A DNA stretch of 64,000 nt from Phoronis australis. Taxonomy: Eukaryota > Animalia > Phoronida. The notes under the pieces are model-generated. The model saw nothing but the letters and a program-made list of their open reading frames with translations, ran no database searches and was not told where the DNA came from. Shown here piece after piece: positions 11,488 through 23,382 of the stretch. Each line of letters begins with the position of its first letter. Within the stretch, counting starts at the first letter, position 1. The stretch is from NCBI GenBank assembly GCA_002633005.1, contig NMRA01000346.1:1-64000 (forward strand). Reading direction: 5' to 3'. Both the position numbers and the translations under genes were made by a program.

Positions 11488-13150
11488 AGGAGCATGCCAC
11501 CCAAAAACAACCTAATTTGTATCAATTTAGATCGAGTAGTTCTACTCCATAACGACAGGTACGGTTGCGTTACCTGACACCTGACGGAAGATAGAGGTGT
11601 TGAAATTATCCAATGACGTCATCGGTTTCACACGCAGTCCGTGTTCAGCAGTTCACAACACGGGTTACTGGAGTCAGCTTATCGGTTGAAGTCATCGTTT
11701 AACACCAATAAATCATCAAACTACGATGTAAAACCCTTAGAAATACACCGAGTTCTTATAAAAAAGTGTTGTTTTATTTCGCTCTTACGGAATTATTGGT
11801 ATTTGGACACACCGTATTCTACAAAGTTCGGCAGGCCAATAAGGTCCGTAGCAGGAGTTTGGGGTCTGTTCGGAGATAATTTCGAAGTATTTTCCGTGAG
11901 ATACAGACAGGAGAACAAAGATCTGTGTTGTTTAGACTTGTGATTTTTTTAGTTCTAAACACAAAACGCTTGTTATCCTGGCCAGTGGCTCGGAGCCCGA
12001 TCGGGCCCGTCGCGGCCGGCCGGATTGACTCATTATCCCGGCCAGTGGCTCGGAAACTGATCAGACATCACGAACATAAACCAGCCAAAGTTCAGTGGAA
12101 ACTAAACTTCCAGTCAAGAAAATACTATACTAGTGAGCCAAAGTAATGTGCACCTGATTATGTTGGTGAGTTAGCCACGAAACTGCAAGTTTACTTACTC
12201 GTCGGGGGCCGCGAATTCAGGTTCCACTTTGGCCACAGCACCTTCAGGGCAGAAGTTGTACATTGACAATCATTATTTGAATAATGTAAATGTAAATAAA
12301 GATTACCCTGGAAATCGAATTTTCACAACAGTTTCTGCCAGCAAACACTAAATTAGCATGAGCTCACACGGCCTCGGTGTTCCGTCAACTATTAGTTTCA
12401 TTGCACCTAAAGCCGGTAACGCAGTGATTTATTCATTCATGTTGCTGGCTTCTCAAATCATTTATACTCACGAACACTCAAAGGCATTACAAATTGCATC
12501 TAATGAGACAGACTTTGTTTCAGTTTTATATAAGTATTGGTTAGGGTGAGAATAATTCATTTTGAAACAGAACGCTCGGCCAACGAAACGCCAACAAGGC
12601 AACTCGCAATCCCGACTTCGGACGAGCTAGAGCTCATCAGTACCGACTTCGCAGATGGGTCGTTAAGTTTTACAGACTATCAATTCGAACAGGAATACAG
12701 TGATGAAGAAATACTAGAGAGGCGCCGTGAACAAGCTCAGACAAAAGAACGTATGGAGTTATTTGGTAAGCCCATTCGTCAGGCACTGTCGACGTCTGCA
12801 GGCCACAGAAACGGAAATGTTTCACGGCCTCAGTGCTATTTACAGCGTTCATTTCATTCTTCACTACCATGAGCCACTTCCTAAGCATTTCGGACTCTCG
12901 AGGAAGTAAAAAAATGATATACCCGCTTTCCTCGCACCTGCTTAGTTCGGACAAGCGGGAACGATGCACCGCAACATAGCGACATTCACTCTGCATATGA
13001 ACCACTTACGTCGCTAGCGTCGTTTCTCACCTTCCTCACAGGTTAACGCTACACCTCTTGGCAAGGTAATGGCGACCGTATGCGAGGCGATGTGGATATA
13101 GAGCGGTTAAGACGGCAAAAAAGACTAATTAAATCGGGTGGCATTCTCCT
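11488..13150 (-). mobile_element. Non-autonomous Kolobok-like element (family C, copy 1)
   Basis: TTAA on both sides (11484-11487, 13151-13154); TIR AGGAGCATGCCACCC / GGGTGGCATTCTCCT (14/15); THAP remnant on - from ATG 12977 (MLRCIVPACPN*...LRKWLMVVKNEM...FCGLQ); KolX-like N-terminus on + (DYQFEQEYSDEEILERRR); both ends homologous to 19435-20967 in inverted orientation. Confidence 0.85.
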
Positions 13151-14392
13151 TTAAACTTTGTAACTATCAAAGTGTGCGAACGGCCACTACACGAGCAGCT
13201 GAACTTTGCAATGTTGCTTGATTACTCGAAGGTTAAACACAAATATATTTGTTCCAAGATACACACTAGTTCAGTTTGGTGGGTATAGTGTAGGCTTATC
13301 TGATTTTGACTCCGGAGTTTCACTCGTCTGGCCGCCTTTGTCTCGCCACCTACTGGATCTCAGCACTATAGAGTCTAGCAATAGTCCCTGGAATTTTTTT
13401 TATATTTTTACTATTTTTCAGTTATTTCGACCTATGGATATCGTTTTGTTTCGTAGCAGATGTACATTTTTTGTCATTCATATACCCGTAAGCTGGCGAT
13501 CAACTGAACCTTTTTACAAAATTGAGAGATTCGATCGGCACAGCTAGGGAGGGGCACTGGATTACTGAGCTCAAAGAATTGTTCGAGCTGTTGCCACGAA
13601 AAAATAAACAGTTGAATTACTTTTTGATGAGAACCTCTAGTATAAACTTCGCCTGTAGAGTTACAGAAAGCTCATTTTGAAGTTGTTAAATCATGATATT
13701 TAGATTTATGAAGCTTTAAAAAGGAATTTGAGTTATTTTTACAAATAGTCATTTTTGCCACTACAACAGACTTGTTATTTTCTGTAACCATACCACAGTT
13801 TAAGGATCATGCTGCGTTTAAAAATAACTGCAAGCTACCTTTATGCAGTGAAACTACAAAAAATGCGAAGTTCGTCAGAAGAACTTAAATGTCTTAATGG
13901 TGCAGTGGGGCTATTCGGAAAATCTACAATTACTAGAGGGCGCGCGTGTACTAGTGGTGATAGATTAACAGCCTCGATTTCGCGAGCCCTTTAAATACAT
14001 GGTGAAACGGCTTGCAGCCGTGCCAACTGAATCTGAGATTGCGTGAAAAGGGTGCTTCTATGAGGGGAAGTAAGCACGACCTTATACTAAGGTAAGGTTT
14101 GTGATTATTTTAACGATTATTCCATGCTTATTCTACCGATGCCTGTTAACTGTTTATCAGTGACAATTACATCAATCAATGCTGAATGTTTATGCTGTCA
14201 ACTCGATACAGGTTAATGAATTAAGATTACAATCCAAGACCAATGGCAAATCTATTACACGTTGAAATGGAAATCTATCACGTCTGTTTTCACGTAACCT
14301 TTGGCTTTTAGGTTTGAGAGCTTGTACCGTGAAGAGGAGATATGCATCGCTTCTGCACCGTCCCTGAATGGACAAAAATTGGTTTTTAGCAT

Positions 14393-15830
14393 TTGACTGC
14401 AGCTAACCAACAAGATCTTCCCATCCAGTGCAGATCTTTTGTCAAAGCCTACTTTCAATATTGGAGGCAACGAACAAAGCCTTTGAAAAGGAACAGCAAT
14501 TTTATTTTTAAAGAAAGGTATGTAAGTCATTTTGTTAATTTACTTATTCAGGTCCTTAGCGGGCGATTGGCATGGGGGTTGGGGTTGTGATATTTGATAC
14601 AACTGCCTGTGGAAATAACAGGTAATAAATGTTTGGGGAAAAGAGCATGGTGAGGTAATTCTTAACCTTCATGAAGTCCCTTCAAGTTGATTGACTGTTT
14701 TGCTACTTGTATCAATTGTAAACCCATGAAAATATATTACATTTTCTGAATTCACAGTGACTGAATAGTCTTAACTCATGCCATGAAATGTTGCAAGTGG
14801 TTATAAATTCAAATGACTGCCATTTTTGTGAAACTTCATTTTTGATGGTGCCTTACGATTTGTAATTACTCTTAAACAACAGAAAGATAAATCATCATTT
14901 TTAAATGACCCAAGTTTTCATATCTTCTATTAGAAGAAAAACTAAAAGTCTGAGAAACGGTTCCCTCAACCTCAGACTAGAAGTATTCTTGACAGACCCA
15001 TGAACCTGTAATCAGAGTTTAAAATTGCTGAAAGTATCAAAATTAAAAAGGCTTGAAAATGGGTAACACAGGTTTGAAGTTGTCCCAAAGAGCTTGTATA
15101 TTTTGCAGACAAGTGATGCGTTTAAAGAACTGTTATGTCTGGGAATAAAAAATAAAGACACAGTTTTATGCAATGCTTATCATATACACCCTTGGTTTCT
15201 GAACATAGTAATTATTTAATTTTATGTGAAACTGTAGAGCAGTCACCATATATTTTTGAACAACAGGGACAACATTTTTGACCCAATCTGGAGTACTTAA
15301 TTATTCACATTTCAATATTTGTTCCAGGTTCAGTGACATTTTAAAGCCACTTCAAGCTGTATCATAGACAAGCTTTGTTACTCCGTTCTCTTCCCACAGC
15401 ACTTCCACACACCAGCAGTGCTGCATGGCACAATGTACAAGTCAGTGGCCCTGGAGAAATGTGAATCGCAGTACTAAGTTACCATAAGACAATGTGCCAG
15501 TGGACTGTCTGTGTATTCAGACGAACTATATCTGACTGCTACACAAGTAAGCCTTGTTGGTGAGGATGCCCTTTCATAGGCATGTGTGGACAATAGCTTA
15601 TTTCCTTTCCTGGAAGAAACATGAGGGACTGAAGCTAAAGAAGACCTAGTGACACTCTGGTCTACTTCAAGGGTCTGATTTTGGGCTCAAAACGATTCAA
15701 GTGATATGCTGCTGTGTTTACCTTCAAGGGTCTAATTGTGGATGTTATTGAGGCTGAATGAGGTTACATGAAAGAAAGCCACATGTCAAAACTGGACCTT
15801 TTTTACAAGCGCTTCTACAGGCCATTGAAA
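14393..15830 (+). pseudogene. YqaJ-like exonuclease remnant
   Basis: DLP..FVKAYF..KPLK..F.FKERYV (about 14410-14525); AVLHGTMYKSVALEKCE...QC..GLSV..DELYLTATQVSLVGED (15415-15570); VFTFKGLIVDVI...SKLDLFYKRFYRP (15715-15825); several stops. Confidence 0.65.
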
Positions 15831-16189
15831 CAAGATCCCAGTGAAATGAAAGCCAAAAGCTGAGTGACATTAAATTTTCCTTTCAGAAGAAAGGCTTTAT
15901 ACTATTGGTAAAAACTTTTCAATTTGGTACACATTATGGGGAAATGACATTCAGTGACTTCATCGATTGTCTTATTGTATGTTCTCAATTGTAGATAGCT
16001 GGATAAGAATCTGCTATGCAAAAGATTTGAGAATAAACAATTATCAGTGTATTTAAAAACAAATGGCAAGCTGAAAAAGCACAGAAAGAAACAACATTGC
16101 AACGGAGTCCATAATCCGGCATATCAAGTGCTAATTTCTGAACTACGTTCAATTCTCTCAGGTTATTGCTGAAGGATTGCTTTTCACTT

Positions 16190-17099
16190 TGTCCAAAGGT
16201 AAAATAGATGGTCTGGCGGTTGGTTTTAGTTGTTTTCGCTCACTTGTAACAGAATAGTTGGAGAAATATTAGCAAATTGTAAAGGAAAAGACAAGACAAA
16301 TCTACTTTTGTAAGTTAGAACGTACTTGACGTTTCATCTTCATGTTTATGTGTAGAAACTAATAACCTTTGTACCCAAGTCTTATTTAATATTTGAATTG
16401 AAATATGTGAAACAGGCTCAAAGTGATTTAACAATGTGTATTTTTCATGACACTTAAAATGTGCTTCTGATCTCAACAAGTAACATTCATTCTTGGTGTC
16501 AATTTTTTTTTCCAATGCAATGTTACGACATTTACTGAATTAAGGCTTATTCATGTTAATTCGATCATGATAACTGATCTGGTAGTCCTGGTAATGGGGT
16601 TCGCGATAAAATAAGGAAACTCACTCATCTAGAGAATTTTATTGGAAACAGCATAGTTTTGAAGAGAAACTGCTATGAAAAAGTCACCCTTGACTTCTGT
16701 GCATCACGTACCATACACTTCTTATTTTGGGAGCACTCCCACCCAGGACAATATGAATATGTGCTGCTAGCCTACCCGACATCGGATGAGTTTCCTAAAA
16801 GAAATACTAGTTCCACTCAATAAACCTGTTATTCAGTGGGGTAACTAGTGGGGATAACATCACCGAACGATGTTTATAGAAACTTGATTGCTAAAAACTT
16901 ACCAAGTAATGTTGTGTAGTCTCCGAATGGAACTGCATAGTCATAGAGCAAACACGGGGCTTCAGCAACAAACACTTTTTGTCATTTAGTTGACCCTTTT
17001 GACTGCAATTGTCCACGAATATAGTAACCTTAGGTCCTTTGGGAATTTGTGGCCACCTATCGAAGACTTACACCTGGGAAATTAGCAGTAATAAGGCTT
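16190..17099 (-). pseudogene. THAP domain remnant of the ISL2EU-like transposase (probably split by an intron)
   Basis: KPYYC*FPRCKSSIGGHKFPKDLRLLYSWTIAVKRV at 17099-16990; ERKQLKPTARPSILP (LKxxAxPSI motif) at about 16243-16195. Confidence 0.7.
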
Positions 17100-19611
17100 A
17101 GCGCGACGACGTATTTTGATAACAATTCCATCTTTTACCAGTTGTTTACATGCAGACAGCCGCGCATGCGCAATTCAATCACCACTAGTACAGCAGTGAC
17201 ACCGCGAGGAGAATTCTCCGAATAGCCCCATTACGTGCATAAATTTGACTTGGACACAGTCCTAGATCTACCTGAGATAACTGCTTACCTTGGACAAGAT
17301 GAGTGTGTACTTGAGCTATAAATCTGAGATATTTTTAAATAGAAATATTTCGTTCGAAGATTAGAAAAGCGTAAACAGTGCTATCGTCTCGACCTGTTTT
17401 ACCCGAGGAGTCCCACGGACGTACTTTTCATTTGGCGGATTTTAGCAGACGACAGAATAAAAATATCGGTGAATCTTCACTGATTTTGTTCGAAAGATCA
17501 TGAAATCTATGACATCGTACAAATAATTCGACTTTGAGCTACATACCCATCTCTACATGAACATATCGCATCAGTGGCCTTGGCATTTTTCAGGTGAAGG
17601 TGAACCCCGTGTGGGGTTCTTCGGATTTTCGCTGGCTCCGAAATACTTTTCTTTGAACACTTATTTTTTCATCGTCACCCTTGAAAATTCCCACATTATG
17701 AGCGCGGGATTCTGTGCTTAAAAGCATCGCATAATGTTTTTTTTTTTTGAAGCGTTTTCGGATAGTGCAAAAAACACTCATCGATTCCACCGTTTAGCGA
17801 CAGTGTACTTGCCTCTGGCATCTTGTTCGTTTGTCGGGTGTCACATGACTTTTTTAAGGGGGCGGAGCTTGCGATACGTCAATTTTCAGTGTCGTCATAA
17901 TAAACAATAGGAATAAATGTAGACTTGAAATTCTGATATGGCAACTTTATATCTGTTAGTAAAGAAACTTCTTGTCTGAAATTGTTCCCTTCAGCTTCAC
18001 TTACTTTTTAATCTTACTATCGTTCATGACGTCATCACCATCTAAAAAGTAGCGGGGTTATCTTGATTTTGAACTTCGCGGTTTTTGAAACTTACGTCAA
18101 ATTGTGCATTCTCGTGTAGTGTTGTTTGAGCTAAAATAGCTCAATATCCAAGTCGGTTGCCCTCTATTTCTCATTTTTTACAAACTGTGATGGACATCAA
18201 AATAGAACATGAAGTAAAAAACGCAACCAGTTGAGATACTAAAAATACATAAAAAGTTAACTGGTGCCAACGTAAGGAAATGAGTAAACTGGCAATTATA
18301 ACTTAAGACGTTAAAACATGAATATAACATCGGTCAAAAGAACCAGTCCGATTCAAAAACATTTAAGTTATTTTAATAACCTAAATTGAAATTATATAAC
18401 CAACGTGAATTTTACATTTTTTGTGAATGGTGCCCTCTGTTATTTAAGTGACTGTTACGGAACGATAAAAATGTGGCGACCCTCCGCTGAGGATTATCGC
18501 TGTGACATTACAAAAGTCGGGCAGTCTACTATTTGTAGTTTTGGCATTCATACATTGTATGACTTTGATGCGGTCAGGGTGATGGTTTTAAAATGTTGTA
18601 GACACTGGATTTTTCATGTGTTGCCGTAAAGAGCAATAGTGGTTGATTAGTTGTTGATTAATCGTAAACATTTGCAACTCTGAAGCCTTGGTCTACAGCA
18701 GGTGTCGCCTTTAAAATGCGTTGTCGTTTCAGTTCGAGAACACGTGCTCATATTAGTTTGGCTTAGACAGAATCAGCCTTGCATTATATCAGGACAATTA
18801 ATACGCAAGTTAGGGATTTTTTAACCAACATTTTAAGTTAACGTTACTTTTTGGCCAAATTTGTCTTTACAATCTAAAGTTTCATCGAGATGTCAACTAA
18901 ATGGAATTAACTGATATTCTTGTTCAAGGACCTCTCTTTGTGAAGAGCCTTAAATGTTTGCTCAGCTATGGTTTTATTCGGTGAAGTTGAAATTCACTTT
19001 ATTGTTATGTTTGTGTTATAGTTGCCTTGTCGAACTCTCACCAAAAATCATGTTGCGTTGGATTCATGCTTTTAAATCTGATGGCTTCAAGTGACAAGTC
19101 CAGTTTTCCGTCATATTGATTAAACGTCACCAACTTTTGTGTGTACTCACCGAATGTTTGCGAGCCGACAACTATCCCACAATGCATTAATGCCAAGTAT
19201 TCGAATTGTTACTTATAACTTAATTCTAGAGATGGACACACTTTCCTCATAGAGTCAAATATTTTTTAACTTTTTACCAAAAATCAGTCTGCGGGTGACT
19301 AAGTCTGCTAAACGAAATCTGGCTGAACCTAAAGTCAGAAAAACAAAGCCAAAGGAGAGAAATTCGTAGCCTGTAAAGCCAAAGGACAGGGTATTCCGAA
19401 GTTGGACAAATTTAAACATGTTATACAACATTAAATGAGAATGCCACCCGATTTAAATAGTCTTTCTTCCGTCTTAATCGGTCTATATCCACATCACCTC
19501 GTACATGTATACGGTCGATCTTACCTCACCGAGAGGTGTCGCGTTAACCTGTGAGGAAGGTGAGCAACGACGCAGAGACGTCAATGATTCTTCTGCAGAG
19601 TGAGTGCCGCT

Positions 19612-19917
19612 ATGGTGGGGTGCATCGTTCCCGCTTGTGCGAACTACATGTATGAAGCTACGAGGAAAGCGGGTGTATCGTTTTTTCGATTTCCTCGAGA
19701 CCCCATGATGCTTCGGAAGTGGCTCGCTACAGTGAAGAACGAAATGTACGCCGTTATACCAAGTATAAGGCCGTGTAACTTCTCCGTGTCTGTCAGTGGC
19801 CTGCATTTCGTCGGATCGGTTGTTGATCAGTTTTTGATTATGGAGAATTGTAGTTTGAAATGGAAACATAAACAATTACAATTAATTCAGGGCGTGAAAA
19901 CAAAACGTTTTATATAA
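19612..19917 (+). pseudogene. THAP-domain ORF (open, but third zinc ligand is Ser)
   Basis: MVGCIVPACANY...GVSFFRFPRDPMMLRKWLATVK...VSGLHF; no catalytic domain follows. Confidence 0.75.
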
Positions 19918-19919
19918 CT

Positions 19920-20400
19920 TGTTTGATGACTGACTCGTTCGTGACGATTCTGTTTGATCCTCTGGGTGTAGGATGTTTTCGCCAGTTCTTTTTCTCAGCC
20001 CTAAAAAACGTCGTAAGCACACCTCTGTTTAGATGCGGTGCAAAAACAGGATGGCTCGTGAGACACATCTGCGTTTCTCCAAGAAGGCGTTTCACTAGGG
20101 GAATTTCGTGGCAGCAAACGCAAGCGTCAGGCGTTTCCATTACCGTGCAGTTAGCCCACTGGCTCCATGACCAGTCATTCAAACGGTTTTCGGAACTGTT
20201 CCACTGTCTGTGCACGTTCACGGAGCCTCTCTATTATTTCTTGATCAATGTATTCCGGTTCGAACTGATAGCCTGTTAAACCAAACGATCGACCTGTGAA
20301 GTCTTCGTGGGATGAGCACTCGTCTAAGTCGGGATTGCAAGTTGCCGCGTTGATGTTTATTATTGTGCGTTGTGTTTCAAGATGAATTATTCTCGCCCTA
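19920..20400 (-). pseudogene. KolX / P2X7-ballast-like Cys-rich protein remnant
   Basis: GYQFEPEYIDQEIIERLR, frameshift, then RLNDWSWSQWANCTVMETPDACVCCHEIP...MCLTSHPVFAPHLNRGVL, matching the WCxCxxC..M..CC.E...CIT.H..F...LN..VL pattern. Confidence 0.75.
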
Positions 20401-23244
20401 ACCAGTGCTTATATAAAACTGAAACAAAGTCCGTCTCATTAGAGACAATTTGAAATGCCTTGGAGTGTTCGTGAGTGCAAATGTTTTGAGAAGCCAGCAG
20501 GTTATTGAATCAACGAGTGTGACAGTTGCTGAAAGTGTCTCAGAAGTTCATCACAAGTCAAGGCTTCGCAGCACTGGTTGGAGCATAGAACAGACATTAC
20601 GTCGGACATTTTGTTTGAGTAGGCTTGTGAACACACGGTCGAGATTAATAAAGGATTAACTCGAACCAGTCTCTTCAGTCAATCGTCGCACCGAAAGCTA
20701 TTAGCACCGGTCTGTAACAACCTGCGTCCACCCATACACTGGGAAAAGCGTGACATACATCGAATTTTGATGATTTATTGGTGAAAAACGATGAATTCAA
20801 GCGTGAACTGCTGAACAGACGCATTCGTACCTCTGACGTCATTGGATAATTTCAACACCTCCGTCTTCCGTCAGGTGCCAGGTAAAAGAGCTGTACTTGC
20901 TGTTATCGAGTGGAATTACTCGATCTAAATTGATACAAACTAGCTTGTTTTTGAGTGGCATTTCTCTTTAAGTTGAACGTGAGAAGCTTCTAAGAGACTA
21001 CTCGATTGTCCTTCCATTGTTCATGAAAGCTCCCTTTGTCGACCATGTCATGAGCACATTGTCATGACCGTGTGGACATGTACCTGTCTAATGGATTTGT
21101 TCGTACATGTAAACAACATTTCTACTGTTTTAGAGTTCAGGTTTAATAGAAGCATGACAAGATACCCCTGGAGTGAACCAGAATTTAAGTTTTTAAATAA
21201 CACAAACACATGACACTGCCGAGGGCTCCCAAATAACCCTGGGAGGTCCAGTATCGTTTGGCAGTCAAGTATACACCTAGGTATGCGCACGCATCCCCTT
21301 CGGTTATGTCAAAAATTTCATACTGTGAATCACGTATTTGCAAAAAGTCTTACAAACTTTCCCTCACTAAAAGGGAGCGTTTGGAGAATTCTAACGCAAG
21401 ATCATGACATTTTGGCTGTTCGATATCATTTGTCCAGCAGGGGGAGTGGGTACAGGCACTCGAAACCCATTTCGAAGTGACCCCCATCAAAGCAAGGCCA
21501 TAATAAATTTGACTTTCGTCAAACTGGACATTAATCGTAAGTGACCCCCGACCTTAGGCCTACTATTATTACACCTATAAGGTATATGATCACCCTTTAC
21601 GTTTTCAAAATTCAAGAAAACTATTGTTTTCTGAAATCAGAAATCCTGTAGAATTTGATTTGCGAAATTGTGTAACAATCGCCCTTAAATACGAAGTTTT
21701 GTAAAATCTGGCAAAACGGATAAATACAATCACAACAAAACAACAACAACAATGACATGATCATATTTCGTTTTAGATCGTTGTTACAGTTTTCTAAGTT
21801 TCCTTATCGGTTTTGTTTTATGCAACTTGTTATGTTCTTCGTAAAATCATAAAAGTGCTTGTGTTCGACAACATCTCATGCAGGACCAGTTCATCAACAA
21901 TTCTAATGTTTTGCAGATCAGTTTTTAAAACATCTCCAAGTGTCATATGAATCAGATCAACCATTTTTGAGATTCGATGTTCCGAAGTCAACCAAATTTG
22001 GACATTTTTGCTAGGATCTCACATAACTTTGATTAAACTTAAACCTTTAAATACCTTAAAAAAGCTGGGATTATTATGTTCCATCTAGGACCAATATTAC
22101 TCCCAGGCTCTATCGTAAATGTACATGTAACTACTTTGTCAACGATGTACAGAGGCTGACTTAACCACAGAAGACACAGTATTAATGGATCTTTATCCCG
22201 TTTATAACACCGCAACCAATGGCCAAGACACGAAGGATTAAAATGGGGACGTGGACCCCTGCTCTTTGGATACCCCTGTCGAAAGTCATTTCAACTTGGC
22301 GTTTGGACTCCATGTTGCCTCTCATAAGCCACTCTCCTGGTTGCCACTCATAAGCCATTTCCCTAGTCGCTCTTTTTAGATCTTCTGTGAAGACTCCTGG
22401 CTGCGCCATTGACTGTACTAAATGTAAATACGTTACGAACGACGTAGGTAACAGTGGCGGATCCAGGAAGTATATCATGTCCCAAGTTCTTTAATTAAGT
22501 ACAATAAACAAAAAAATTATCAAAGTCTTCATCGGTAGGGCCTTCCATGCCGTAATTAGCAAAACTTTATTGTCAATAACTCACATTCTGTTTCGTACAG
22601 GAAGAACGATTTCCACTATTGTGTGTCGTCGACACGTTGCAGGAAGTAGTCTGTTCTACAACCAGTTATAATAGTCTGTTTGACGGTCGTAATACAAAAG
22701 TACTTTTACAACGTTGATAATTGATACCTAGGCCTAATTCACTGAAGTTCGGGTCAATGAATTGCCATCGTCATCAGGTAAAATGCATTAACAACGCCCT
22801 TTCTGCGTTTCTCTGGTTATAAGCCTTGTAACACAAATTCAACTAGTCGAAACAATTCAACTAGTCGAAACAGCTTTTCAAATTACAATAATTAAATAGG
22901 ACAAAATACACAAAATAAATTACGATTGTGGGTGTTTGAATATCAAGTTACACGAATCGCTGTCACAGCAAAATCCACAATACTCTGCCAAACTTTTGTT
23001 TCCACTAGCAAATTCAGTTTGCTAAAGTTTTGGAAAGTTTGATAAATAGACTACATAAGTAAATTCTAACAAGCTTTACCAAGCTGTTTGTACTTCTTTG
23101 GCAACCTTTCTACATGTGCGGTGGCAAATATCTGGTTGGAAAGCAAAAACTTTCAAATGTTTCGGTAACGCAAAGCACACACCGTACTTATGTGTTGCCA
23201 AAAAGTTCGGGTTTTTTATTGTGTTCACGATGACAATGTTTCAG

Positions 23245-23382
23245 TGCAATCCTGGTGTTGGTGCAGACGTCTTCTATGACATGGTGTACCGCAAACCCCA
23301 AATGATAGCAGTGGTTGGCAGCGCATGCTCAGATGTGATAAAAACGGTCGGACAAGTGGTTCCATACTGGAATTTGCTATTG
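23245..23382 (+). CDS. GABA-B-R3-like exon (CNPGVGADVF...YWNLLL)
   Basis: ttcag| ... |gtgag; phase 0-0. Confidence 0.9.

Larger units (their letters stand above)
13907..17229. mobile_element. Internally deleted ISL2EU-like DNA transposon (THAP transposase remnant plus YqaJ/lambda-exonuclease remnant)
   Basis: TIR GGGGCTATTCGGAAAAT / ATTCTCCGAATAGCCCC plus subterminal TGTACTAGTGGTGAT / ATCACCACTAGTACA; flanks GT and AT (ISL2EU TSD is AT); two convergent decayed genes. Confidence 0.75.
19435..20967 (+). mobile_element. Non-autonomous Kolobok-like element (family C, copy 2)
   Basis: TTAA at 19431-19434 and 20968-20971; TIR ATGAGAATGCCACCC / GAGTGGCATTTCTCT; convergent THAP and KolX fragments. 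Confidence 0.85.
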
